From: Candidatus Anderseniibacteriota bacterium
GTDB lineage: Bacteria > Patescibacteriota > JAUYIX01
DNA length: 64,000 nt
Direction: 5' to 3'
Assembly: GCA_046350855.1 (NCBI GenBank)
Contig: JAXLZM010000001.1
Coordinates: forward strand, 153,420-217,419
Shown: positions 30,082-38,865 of the stretch, in pieces
How positions within the stretch are numbered: the stretch's first letter is position 1
How the letters are laid out: the number at the start of each line of letters is the position of its first letter
Made by a program: the position numbers and the translations under genes
The notes under the pieces: generated by a model
What the model saw: the letters and a program-made list of their open reading frames with translations, nothing else
The model's database searches: none
Told to the model about the DNA's origin: nothing

Positions 30082-30516
30082 ATGTTTTTTGGGGTGCATT
30101 TATTGACGGGCGCGGCGATCGGTGCGGTCGTACCAGACCTCCCGGCCGCAACCGGCCTGGGCCTGCTCTCACATTACGCCATCGACCATCTCCCCCACTG
30201 GAACTACCTCCCCAAGCACCGCAGCAAGTGGGAAGATAGCTGGAAAATGGCCCTCGAGCCGCTCATTAGTATTCCGGTTTTTTTGGGGCTGGCCTGGTGG
30301 GCCCACTGGGACGCTCATATTTTAGTCCCGGCTTTTGCCGCGATTATCCCCGACTTGCTCGAGTCCGCCCAGTATTTTTTGCGCTCGCGGGTACTCAACT
30401 GGCACTCGCGTTGGCACCACTTTGGTCACTGGCACGCCCGCTTTACAGCCAGCCTACCTATCTTGATTAGCCTGCTCCTACTCGTCGGTTGGTTGCTGCC
30501 CTGGGGCCACCGCTAG
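30082..30516 (+). CDS. His-rich membrane protein (metal-dependent hydrolase-like)
   Basis: HLLTG, SHYAIDHLPH, IIPD, HSRWH motifs within TM segments. Confidence 0.7.
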   Translation: MFFGVHLLTGAAIGAVVPDLPAATGLGLLSHYAIDHLPHWNYLPKHRSKWEDSWKMALEPLISIPVFLGLAWWAHWDAHILVPAFAAIIPDLLESAQYFLRSRVLNWHSRWHHFGHWHARFTASLPILISLLLLVGWLLPWGHR

Positions 30517-31583
30517 CGTTTGGCTCGGCTGAACCGTGCCGTGCCCAAGTGTCCGTGGTCAAACACGTCTCGTCCAAACTCAACCAGCGCAATGGTGAGC
30601 GGAACCGCCAAGAGCAACCCGATCACGCCGGCCAACTTAGCCCCAACCAGGAGCACCAGTACGATCACGACCGGGTTGAGCCCGATCGTCCGATGCAACA
30701 AGCGGGGTACGATCAAGTGTTGTTCAACCTGGTTAATGACGACGTAGAGCACCACCACTAAAATCGCTTTGACGGGACTGTCGGCAATGGCAAAAAAAGC
30801 CGCGGGTACCGTCGAGACGATCGGTCCTATAAACGGGATGAACTCCAAAATCCCCGCGAGCAAGGCCAAGACCAGAGCGTACTGAACTCCAATCAGGGTT
30901 AGGCCGATATAGACTAGGATGCCCACAAAGAGCGCTAGGACCAAGTAGCTGCGTAGCCAAGAGCCCAGCTTGAGCTGGATGCGCTGGATCAGATCGGTCG
31001 TGTACTCGCGATGCTTAGTCGGCACGATAAAATGGAAAAACTTTTTGATACCTTTTTCTTCGGCGGTTAGATAAAAGGTCAAGACTGCAATCGAGATCAC
31101 CGTAAAAATGCCACCAAAAAAGCTCGAGACGGTCGAGAAAATTCCGCCGGTCGTGTTACTGAGAGTCGTTCCGACGGAGCTAAAAAAGTCCCGGATGCTG
31201 TCGGTCAACTGCAAGTTACTGGCCGTATTTTTGAGCTCTTGCAAAAGGTTAATCCGTTCATCACTAAAGAGTTGCGGCACTTGGTGCGCCAAAGCGCTGA
31301 TCTGTTCTGCAATGGGCGGAATCAAGAGCGTGACGATCCCGGCAATCGCCCCAACGAGGAGCAAAAAGATCGCCAAGACACTGATGGCCCGTGGGATGCG
31401 ACGCTTTTGCAACCAGTCGACGATTGGGTCAATCGCCGAGGCTAAAATTAGCGAGAACAAAACGATCACGACGATATCCCGGATCAGCCACAAAAAACCG
31501 ACGATCAACAAAATCGCGACGGTCTTGACGATCGTGCCAGTCGTAATGTTGATCGTCTGGGGTTGCTGCGTGCTCGTAGCCAC
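30513..31583 (-). CDS. AI-2E family transporter
   Basis: P.VDWLQKRRIPR, EFIPFIGP, QVEQHLIVP, GLLLAVP. Confidence 0.92.
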   Translation of the reverse strand: MATSTQQPQTINITTGTIVKTVAILLIVGFLWLIRDIVVIVLFSLILASAIDPIVDWLQKRRIPRAISVLAIFLLLVGAIAGIVTLLIPPIAEQISALAHQVPQLFSDERINLLQELKNTASNLQLTDSIRDFFSSVGTTLSNTTGGIFSTVSSFFGGIFTVISIAVLTFYLTAEEKGIKKFFHFIVPTKHREYTTDLIQRIQLKLGSWLRSYLVLALFVGILVYIGLTLIGVQYALVLALLAGILEFIPFIGPIVSTVPAAFFAIADSPVKAILVVVLYVVINQVEQHLIVPRLLHRTIGLNPVVIVLVLLVGAKLAGVIGLLLAVPLTIALVEFGRDVFDHGHLGTARFSRAKR

Positions 31584-31604
31584 GCGCTTAGTGTAACGCG
31601 GCAC

Positions 31605-32894
31605 CTATGCCCTCGCAAAGGTCCGTAATAACCGTGTAAACGGCTTTTTATCCTTAAACGGCCCAATGACCGCCAACGTCAGCTTGCTCGGATCCATCAC
31701 CTCACGTGCGACCTCGCGGATTTCCTCACGCGTCACCGCGTTGATCTTGTCATGGATTTGTTTAAGCGACTCGATTTTGGGCCTAAAGAGTGCTTGCTGC
31801 GCGATGAGTTGCGCATAATTATCCGACTCCTCCAGCTCGAGCGCCAGCTGCCCAGTCAAGTAGGACTTGGCGCGTTTGAGTTCTTCTGCAGTAACAAGTT
31901 GCCGCTTGATCCGTTTGAACTCCTTGAGGATCGCCTCGATCGCGTGTAGGGCTTTAGCAGGATCGGTCCCGGCCCGGGCAAAAAAGGCGCCAAAATCCTC
32001 GTAGGTCGTGACCCCGGTGCGCACAGTGTAGGCCAACCCCATCTGCTCGCGAATAATTTCAAACAAGCGCGCACTCATCCCTGAGCCGAGTACACCGTGC
32101 AGTACTTCAAGCGCAGTCAGTTTGGGATGGGTGTATGAGTAAGCCGGAAAGCCTAAACAGAGCTGGGCTTGCTGGGTCGGCTTGGTCATTACAGCCACCT
32201 GTGGCTCTTTATAGTTGATACTGCAGGTATAAAACGGTAAGCGGCGCTGGGGTTTGAGCGAGCTAAAATATTTTTTAGTCATGGCAAACGCTTTTGCCGG
32301 TTGCACATTACCCGCCACAACTACCACCATATTTTTGGGGTGGTAGAACATGCGGGCGTAGCGTTTGAGTTCTGCCGAAGTCGTACCGAGAATAGAGTGT
32401 TTGAACCCAATAATCTCGCGCCCGAGCGCATTTTGGCCAAACAAGACCGACTCAAAGAGGTCGCTCATGTACAGCATTGGGTTGTCGAGATACATACGCA
32501 TCTCCTCGAGAATCACGGTGCGCTCGCGCTTGACCTGGGTCGGGACAAACTTGGAATGTAGGAGCATGTCGGCCAAGACGTCAAAGCTCTTGGGCAGATG
32601 CTCAGCCGCGGTTTTGACGTAGTAGCCGGTATGGTCCTTACTGGTAAAAGCATTGTACTCCGCGCCCAGACTGTCGAGCTCGCGCGTGATCTCTTTGGCG
32701 TCAGGCCGCTTGAGCGTGCCCTTAAAAAACATGTGCTCCAAAAAGTGCGAGATCCCGGCGATACGGTCGGTCTCGTAGCGCGAACCGACTTGGTACATGA
32801 TCAAAACGGTGACGGCACTAGTCCCCGCCTCGGGTACTGCAAAAAATCGGACACCGTTGGGGAGAGTATGAGAGACGACTTTGGGTTCTGACAT
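31605..32894 (-). CDS. M16 (pitrilysin) family peptidase
   Basis: GISHFLEHMFFKGT, NAFTSKD, SARLF..IRE..GLAY. Confidence 0.95.
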   Translation of the reverse strand: MSEPKVVSHTLPNGVRFFAVPEAGTSAVTVLIMYQVGSRYETDRIAGISHFLEHMFFKGTLKRPDAKEITRELDSLGAEYNAFTSKDHTGYYVKTAAEHLPKSFDVLADMLLHSKFVPTQVKRERTVILEEMRMYLDNPMLYMSDLFESVLFGQNALGREIIGFKHSILGTTSAELKRYARMFYHPKNMVVVVAGNVQPAKAFAMTKKYFSSLKPQRRLPFYTCSINYKEPQVAVMTKPTQQAQLCLGFPAYSYTHPKLTALEVLHGVLGSGMSARLFEIIREQMGLAYTVRTGVTTYEDFGAFFARAGTDPAKALHAIEAILKEFKRIKRQLVTAEELKRAKSYLTGQLALELEESDNYAQLIAQQALFRPKIESLKQIHDKINAVTREEIREVAREVMDPSKLTLAVIGPFKDKKPFTRLLRTFARA

Positions 32895-32914
32895 AGAGGT
32901 CGATTGTAACACGG

Positions 32915-33943
32915 TTAGAGTGCCCGCTCGACTTGTTTTGCGATTTTTTCAAAAAGCTCTTGGTTGATTTTGAGGAGATTGGCACGACGCACCTGGCCGT
33001 CCGGCGTTTTAAATTTATCGTGGAGCGCCAAATCGGCCAACAGCACACCCATCAGCCGCTCGAGCAGGGCAATCCAAAACATACGCTCGAGATTTGGTGT
33101 GGCAGCAAAATGTGGGCTGTGTTGACGATAGTGGTTCAACCAGTCACCAATTAATTCAAAAGCGTTGTCAGCTGTATCGGTCGAACCGTCCATCCGAATC
33201 AGACAGCCCCAAATGGCAAACACCGCGTCATACAGAGGCGGTCGCCAGGTCCAGTAGATGTTGGACATGAGCACAAATTGTTCACCCACCGGATAAACAT
33301 CATTGGCCGTGAGATGCCCATGACAAAAAACAAGCTCGATAGCTCTATAGGCTTTTTTAGCTAAGCGCGTAAAGTGCTCAAGCTGTCCCGCATATTCTTT
33401 TGGATCATTACCCTCTTTTGATTCGCGAATTGTACGCCAGCGCTCAAGCCGTTCTGTTCCAAACGCAACGACATCGCCGCTGGGCTTTGCAACCCAGGGC
33501 TTACGGATTGATGTGCGATACTCCTCATAAAATTGAGCAAATCGCGTGAGCTCTGCTTTGCTCGGCCACGGCATTTTTAAGATTGGTGCGGCGTCGATGT
33601 ACTCCATAATATGGTACCCGTAGCCACGCTCCGGCTCCCAGGGTTCGTGGGCATACAAGCGCGGGACGCGGACACGAGGATTTTTGTTTTGCCGGCTGAA
33701 CTGCCTAAACATCTCTACCTCGTCGACTCCAATTTTGAGACCTTGGAGTTTGAGTACGGCCGGCTTGCTTTGCCAAGTGCCAAGGAGGATTACACTCCCT
33801 AGTTTATGCGTATCAAAAATAACCCCGCGAAACAGCTCGCGCTTTACTACAAAACCGGTTTTGCCCAGTACTTTTTTGAGAACCTCTTTTTCGCGCTGAG
33901 CAAAGTCACCCGGAGTAAAGAAATTTTCAATGACCGGAGCCAT
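32915..33943 (-). CDS. APH/choline-kinase-like fold protein with atypical catalytic loop
   Basis: AVLK, VPRLY, IMEYI hinge, FCHGHLTAND, PPLYD. Confidence 0.7.
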   Translation of the reverse strand: MAPVIENFFTPGDFAQREKEVLKKVLGKTGFVVKRELFRGVIFDTHKLGSVILLGTWQSKPAVLKLQGLKIGVDEVEMFRQFSRQNKNPRVRVPRLYAHEPWEPERGYGYHIMEYIDAAPILKMPWPSKAELTRFAQFYEEYRTSIRKPWVAKPSGDVVAFGTERLERWRTIRESKEGNDPKEYAGQLEHFTRLAKKAYRAIELVFCHGHLTANDVYPVGEQFVLMSNIYWTWRPPLYDAVFAIWGCLIRMDGSTDTADNAFELIGDWLNHYRQHSPHFAATPNLERMFWIALLERLMGVLLADLALHDKFKTPDGQVRRANLLKINQELFEKIAKQVERAL

Positions 33944-33949
33944 TGGTCG

Positions 33950-35284
33950 TTACTGCGTGAGTAGTTTGCGCAGCTTACCCGCGAGCTCAGTTAGTTTGAC
34001 GCGCGTTTGCTTAGCCGTATCACGCTCGCGCCAGGTCACGGTCTCGTCTTTGAGGGTGTCAAAGTCGATTGTGATACCGACAGGCGTACCAATCTCGTCC
34101 TGGTAGTAGTAGCGCTTGCCAATGTTGCCGCGGTCGTCCCAGGTGACATGAAACTCTTTGCGCAGGCTCTCAAACACGTCGCGCGCTTTTTTGACGAGTT
34201 CGGGTTTGTTGCGCAGCAACGGAAAGACCGCCGCTTTATACGGTGCTACCGCGGGCTTGAGTGCCAAGTAGGCACGTTCACCCTCTTTTTTATAGGCCGA
34301 ACACAAGATCGCTAAAAAGGTCCGGTCGACACCCCAGGTCGGCTCGATGCAGTGCGGTAGATAGCGCTCGTTAGTCTCGGGATCGATGTAGCGGATATCC
34401 TGCCCCGACTTGTCCATGTGATTTGTGAGGTCAAAGTCGCCCCGGTAGGCCAACCCGTAGAGCTCCTTGCGCCCAAAGGGAAACTCAAACTCAAAATCGA
34501 TCGTTTTTTTGGAGTAGTGGGCACGCTCTTTGTCTGGCACGTCAAGTTGATGGACTTTTTTAGGATCGATACCGACAAACTCAATCCAGGCCAGCATCTC
34601 CGTGCGCCAGTGTTCAAAGACGGTTTGCCACTCTGTGTCGGATTTGGGTGGCTTAATAAAATACTCGATCTCCATCTGGGTGAACTCGCGGGTCCTAAAA
34701 ATAAAGTTGCCGGGTGTGATCTCGTTACGGAAAGCCTTACCGATCTGCGCGATCCCAAAGGGCAGTTTGACGCGACTCGAGTCCACAACCTGCTTAAAGT
34801 TGACAAACATTCCCTGCGCGGTCTCGGGTCGCAGGTAGGCCACATTAGCTTGCTCCTCGGACGGTCCGATAAACGTCTTGAACATCAAATTAAAGTGTCG
34901 TGGTTCGGTGTAGGTCCCCTTTTTGCCACAGTAGGCGCAGGCTTTTTTGAGATCGATTTGGTCGGCCCGGTAGCGTTCGTGGCAGTTTTTGCACTCGACT
35001 AGCTGGTCGGCAAAGCCCGCCAGGTGCCCGGAGGCTTGCCAAACTTTGGGGTTCATAATGATGGAACTCTCGAGACCAACCACGTCCTCGCGATCGCGCA
35101 CAAACCGCTTCCACCACAGCTCCTTGACGTTGCGCCGCAGCTCGATCCCGAGTGGACCGTAGTCCCAGGCGTTGGCCAGACCGCCATAAATCTCAGAGCC
35201 GGGATAGACAAAGCCGCGTCGCTTGGCGAGCGAGACGATCGTGTCGATACTGAGACTGTTAGCTCCGGTCGGCTTGTCGGGCAT
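33950..35284 (-). CDS. glyQS: Glycine--tRNA ligase (alpha2 type)
   Basis: KRRGFVYPGSEIYGG, YLRPETAQG, FRNEITPGNFIFRTREF. Confidence 0.97.
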   Translation of the reverse strand: MPDKPTGANSLSIDTIVSLAKRRGFVYPGSEIYGGLANAWDYGPLGIELRRNVKELWWKRFVRDREDVVGLESSIIMNPKVWQASGHLAGFADQLVECKNCHERYRADQIDLKKACAYCGKKGTYTEPRHFNLMFKTFIGPSEEQANVAYLRPETAQGMFVNFKQVVDSSRVKLPFGIAQIGKAFRNEITPGNFIFRTREFTQMEIEYFIKPPKSDTEWQTVFEHWRTEMLAWIEFVGIDPKKVHQLDVPDKERAHYSKKTIDFEFEFPFGRKELYGLAYRGDFDLTNHMDKSGQDIRYIDPETNERYLPHCIEPTWGVDRTFLAILCSAYKKEGERAYLALKPAVAPYKAAVFPLLRNKPELVKKARDVFESLRKEFHVTWDDRGNIGKRYYYQDEIGTPVGITIDFDTLKDETVTWRERDTAKQTRVKLTELAGKLRKLLTQ

Positions 35285-35334
35285 AGCACTGAGCGTAACG
35301 GTTCAACCGCGCTCCTGCAAGGAGCTGAGGCAGG

Positions 35335-37113
35335 CTACTTAATCTTGGCTGACTGCACGTCGGGCACGGCCTCCTCGCGCTCTTCGTTGGTCCAGGTGTC
35401 GTGCGCGGTAAAGCTTTGGTTGGTGACGAGCAGCTTTTTGGTCTTGGACTCGTTGGCTTGCGGGATAATCTTGATCTGGAAGGTCGCACTGATCACAGGC
35501 GTGAGTTTGCCCACGTTGGCCGGGACTTTGCCGATGTTCCAGAGAATTTGGCCAGTGTTTTGGTTAAAGGTGAGGTCCTCGCCGGCCGAGACATGGCCCG
35601 AGCCTGCCACAAACTCTGCTCCCGGCGGAACCGTCCCGACCAGGCGGGCGCCCGAGAGCTCGTTGTACAAGTTGGTCAGGGTCCAAGTGACCTCGTAGAT
35701 GGTTTGCTGATTGACCGCGGGAGGATTGGCGCCCGAGACGATCTTAGCGCTGGCCCCTGGCGTAATCCCGGCGCGGTATTTGACCGTGATTGGATTGCCC
35801 TCGGTGCCAGCATTACCGATCTTGATGCGTGGGGTCGAGGTGGTTGAGAACTGTTTGTCCGCGGCATCGTCAACTTGGATTTCGAAAAAGGGTCGCACCT
35901 GGAAAGACACCTCGGCTTTTTGACGGGCGCCGAGAGTGCGGAGTTCTGGCACGGCCGTGCCGTCCCAGTGCAGTACGTTACCGGATTGCAAAGCACCTCC
36001 ATCGTTGATCACGAGCGTGCTCGGGTCCCAGGCACCGTCCGTAAAGTTCACCTCGAGAACCAAGTTAGATAACCCAGTCGAACCGGTATTCTCAAAGGCT
36101 ACCGTGTACTCAAGGCTCTCACTCCCGTCTACCGCGGCATCTTTTTGCTCGTTATTGAGCGTTTGCGTGACGGTTACAGCTGGCTGAGTCAGCTTGATAG
36201 CTTTTTCTACTTCGGTTTGCTTTAAGAAGTTGCCGTCCTGGTCGAGTACACCCGCCTCAAACACAAAGCGCTTGATCTCACCAGCTCCCCCGCCGAGCAC
36301 CCCTTCGATTTTAAAGGTGCGTTTTTCTCCCACGCCCAGGCTCTTGATGTCCCAGATGCGTTCTTCTGCATCCGCGATTGGGTCGCTGCTGGTAAAGTCA
36401 AAGCCACCAGGGTAGGTGGCACGGATCTGCAAGCCCGTCAGGGGCGCTGACTCGTTGTTCTCAAGCGTGGCACTCAGATTGATTTTGTTGTTGGGGAGTG
36501 CTGTGGCGGGCGCGTCAACAGCAAAGGCAAAGCCGGCCGTCTCGATTTTAGTGGTAAAGGTCGCCTCGACCTGCAAGATGTCGGTCGAACCCGGCATCGT
36601 AAACTGCAGACGCGCGATCAAGACCTGGTCGGATTTGACCCCACCCACCAGTCGACCATTGATCAAGACCTCCTTGCCGTCGCCCGGCTTGAGCGTGCCA
36701 AAAGAGAACTCCGTGCCAGGAGTGTTGTCGGCTTTGGGATCAGCACTGGTAAAGCTAAAACCCTCCGGGTAGATCACGAGGAGGCGGGCGTTCTCGAGCG
36801 GGTCGCTGGAGTTGTTGGCGAACGTAACCGTGTAGGTCACGTCGCTGCCTAGGGTGATTTGTTCTGGCCCGTCTACTGAGAGCTGCACCTGCGAGAGGAT
36901 GCCGCCGCCGCCATTGCGCTGGACGAGCAGGACGATAAAGACGATGAGGAGTACGACCCCGAGACCGATGCTGATAAACCACCAGCGGCGGCGGGACAAA
37001 ATGTCGAGGACGGTGGGCTTACTGCCTACGCGCGGGTAGGTTTTGGGACCGAGGGGTGTCTCGTCTGGCGCGTACTCACGCTTTTCTTTGTTAGCAAAGG
37101 GAAATAGTTTCAC
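35335..37113 (-). CDS. Membrane-anchored protein with tandem Ig-like/DUF11-like domains
   Basis: N-terminal TM; repeated YTV.F.N...L..(YP.GF.F.S.DP)...W.I..L units. Confidence 0.8.
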   Translation of the reverse strand: MKLFPFANKEKREYAPDETPLGPKTYPRVGSKPTVLDILSRRRWWFISIGLGVVLLIVFIVLLVQRNGGGGILSQVQLSVDGPEQITLGSDVTYTVTFANNSSDPLENARLLVIYPEGFSFTSADPKADNTPGTEFSFGTLKPGDGKEVLINGRLVGGVKSDQVLIARLQFTMPGSTDILQVEATFTTKIETAGFAFAVDAPATALPNNKINLSATLENNESAPLTGLQIRATYPGGFDFTSSDPIADAEERIWDIKSLGVGEKRTFKIEGVLGGGAGEIKRFVFEAGVLDQDGNFLKQTEVEKAIKLTQPAVTVTQTLNNEQKDAAVDGSESLEYTVAFENTGSTGLSNLVLEVNFTDGAWDPSTLVINDGGALQSGNVLHWDGTAVPELRTLGARQKAEVSFQVRPFFEIQVDDAADKQFSTTSTPRIKIGNAGTEGNPITVKYRAGITPGASAKIVSGANPPAVNQQTIYEVTWTLTNLYNELSGARLVGTVPPGAEFVAGSGHVSAGEDLTFNQNTGQILWNIGKVPANVGKLTPVISATFQIKIIPQANESKTKKLLVTNQSFTAHDTWTNEEREEAVPDVQSAKIK

Positions 37114-37122
37114 GACACTACG

Positions 37123-37884
37123 TTATAGTTGGCTACTCTTAAGGGTGCGCTCGCTGGTCCACTCCACAAACGCTACGATCGGCCGAGTGAGTTCGCTACC
37201 AGCGGCTCCTTTTGAGAGTGTCTCTAGTGTATCAAGTTTTGCCCCGAGCAGCTTGCGCATGGTTCGTAGCGCCTCTTGGCGTAGAACAAACACGCCCGGC
37301 CCCGGCATTCCGCAGGTTGTATGGGCCACACCGCCACGAGCAGCACTTAGGTAGAACTCGGGTTCAGCCTGGAGCGGCTTACCGCAGGCGACGCACTGGG
37401 TCAGTTCGATACTGTACCCAAGCATGTGCAGAGCCTTGAGCATAAAGGCGGCCGAGAGGAGCTGGCGGTTGGTGGTGCGCAGCGGCTCGGCCTGGCTACC
37501 GGTCAGTTTGAACCGCGTGAGTGTCGCAATAATGAGCTCGTAAAAACGACTATCGCGCTGGTTGTCATCGAGGAGACTGGCCGTGATCTCGAGGATGTTA
37601 AAGAGATCTTTGAGTTCTGCTAGGTCAGCGGTGGGCGAGATAAACAGCTGTTGGGTCTCGGCCTGCGTAACGAGCGGGAGGCTGCGGCGTTCGACTAAAA
37701 AAAGATGGGACTCGCGGCCGGGCTCGAGGTGGGCAGCCATGCGGCTAGTGGTTCGACGCACGCCTTTGGCAACCACGCGCTGCTTGCCCATGGTGCGCGA
37801 AAAAATGGTGATGAGGCGGTCGGCCTCGCCGATGTCGCGGCGATTGAGCACGAGAGCGTCAACGGCAAAAGTGGCCATATCCAC
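37123..37884 (-). CDS. recO: DNA repair protein RecO
   Basis: GEADRLITIFS..GK...AKGVRR; CVACG...H..C Zn motif. Confidence 0.93.
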   Translation of the reverse strand: MDMATFAVDALVLNRRDIGEADRLITIFSRTMGKQRVVAKGVRRTTSRMAAHLEPGRESHLFLVERRSLPLVTQAETQQLFISPTADLAELKDLFNILEITASLLDDNQRDSRFYELIIATLTRFKLTGSQAEPLRTTNRQLLSAAFMLKALHMLGYSIELTQCVACGKPLQAEPEFYLSAARGGVAHTTCGMPGPGVFVLRQEALRTMRKLLGAKLDTLETLSKGAAGSELTRPIVAFVEWTSERTLKSSQL

Positions 37885-37975
37885 AGTCTACACGGTTTAC
37901 CTGGCTATTTTTTTATCTTCTCTTAATGACCTTTTTTCTACGATAGTTTCAGCTATACTCGCCTAAACTAATTCC

Positions 37976-38434
37976 ATGTCCCCAATGACACCAAAAGTGA
38001 CGCTCGAGAGCGTCGGAGAAACACTTAAGAACATTGACCTCAGGATCGGTGCGCTCGATACAAAGATTGAGGCAGGTTTTTCTGAAATCAGAACCGACAT
38101 TTCCGGCCTCAAGACCGATGTTTCCGGCATCAAAATGGACATTTCCGGCCTTAAATTCGATGTTGCCGGCATCAAGGCACGAATGGCAACCAAAAAGGAT
38201 ATTGAAGAACTTGCCGCAATGACCGCCCGAGGTTTTGAGGATGTCGAAAACCGCCTGGTCGTGCGGCTCGACAAGATAGAGGTAAAGATTGGCAGTCTGG
38301 ATCAAAAGCTCGATACCATCAATGACGAAGTGCATGAACTTCGTGAAGAACTCAAACAAGCCGCGACAAAGAAGGAGCTCTGGGCGATAGAGCAGCGCAT
38401 TGTCGTCCTGGAGCGGAAAGTCGGGATCGCGTAG
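37976..38434 (+). CDS. Coiled-coil heptad-repeat protein
   Basis: TDISGLK-type heptads, MATKKDI. Confidence 0.75.
   Translation: MSPMTPKVTLESVGETLKNIDLRIGALDTKIEAGFSEIRTDISGLKTDVSGIKMDISGLKFDVAGIKARMATKKDIEELAAMTARGFEDVENRLVVRLDKIEVKIGSLDQKLDTINDEVHELREELKQAATKKELWAIEQRIVVLERKVGIA
38093..38176 (+). repeat. 4 x 21-bp imperfect tandem repeat (coding)
   Basis: accgacatttccggcctcaag / accgatgtttccggcatcaaa / atggacatttccggccttaaa / ttcgatgttgccggcatcaag. Confidence 0.85.
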
Positions 38435-38441
38435 GAGGCTT

Positions 38442-38864
38442 GTGACGCCTAAAGCACAACCAGAACGAGTGCGCGCAATAATCCTTGATACCGGCAGGTT
38501 GCTCACGATCAAGCGGCAAAGAAACGGTCAGACGTATTGGGTATTTCCTGGCGGAGGTGTGGAAGCAAAAGAGACTCACACACAAGCGCTTGAGCGCGAG
38601 GTTTTAGAAGAAACCGGGCTCAAATGTCGGGTGCAAGAGTTCATAACAAAAAACATTTATCACTCCAGCACCGGTCCTCAGCTCGTTTCCTTTTATCATG
38701 CGCGTGTGACGGGCGGCCAGATCGGAACCGGCACGGGTCCAGAATACACCGAGCCAAATCCTCTTGCCGGCACCTATACCGCAGAATGGCTCGTCGTCAG
38801 TGAACTTAAAAAGTATGATCTCCGGCCAAAAGAGGTCCGGGACATGATCATCGCGGAAAAATAG
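38442..38864 (+). CDS. NUDIX hydrolase
   Basis: PGGGVEAKETHTQALEREVLEETGL Nudix box; AGGAGG SD before GTG. Confidence 0.93.
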   Translation: MTPKAQPERVRAIILDTGRLLTIKRQRNGQTYWVFPGGGVEAKETHTQALEREVLEETGLKCRVQEFITKNIYHSSTGPQLVSFYHARVTGGQIGTGTGPEYTEPNPLAGTYTAEWLVVSELKKYDLRPKEVRDMIIAEK

Positions 38865-38865
38865 C

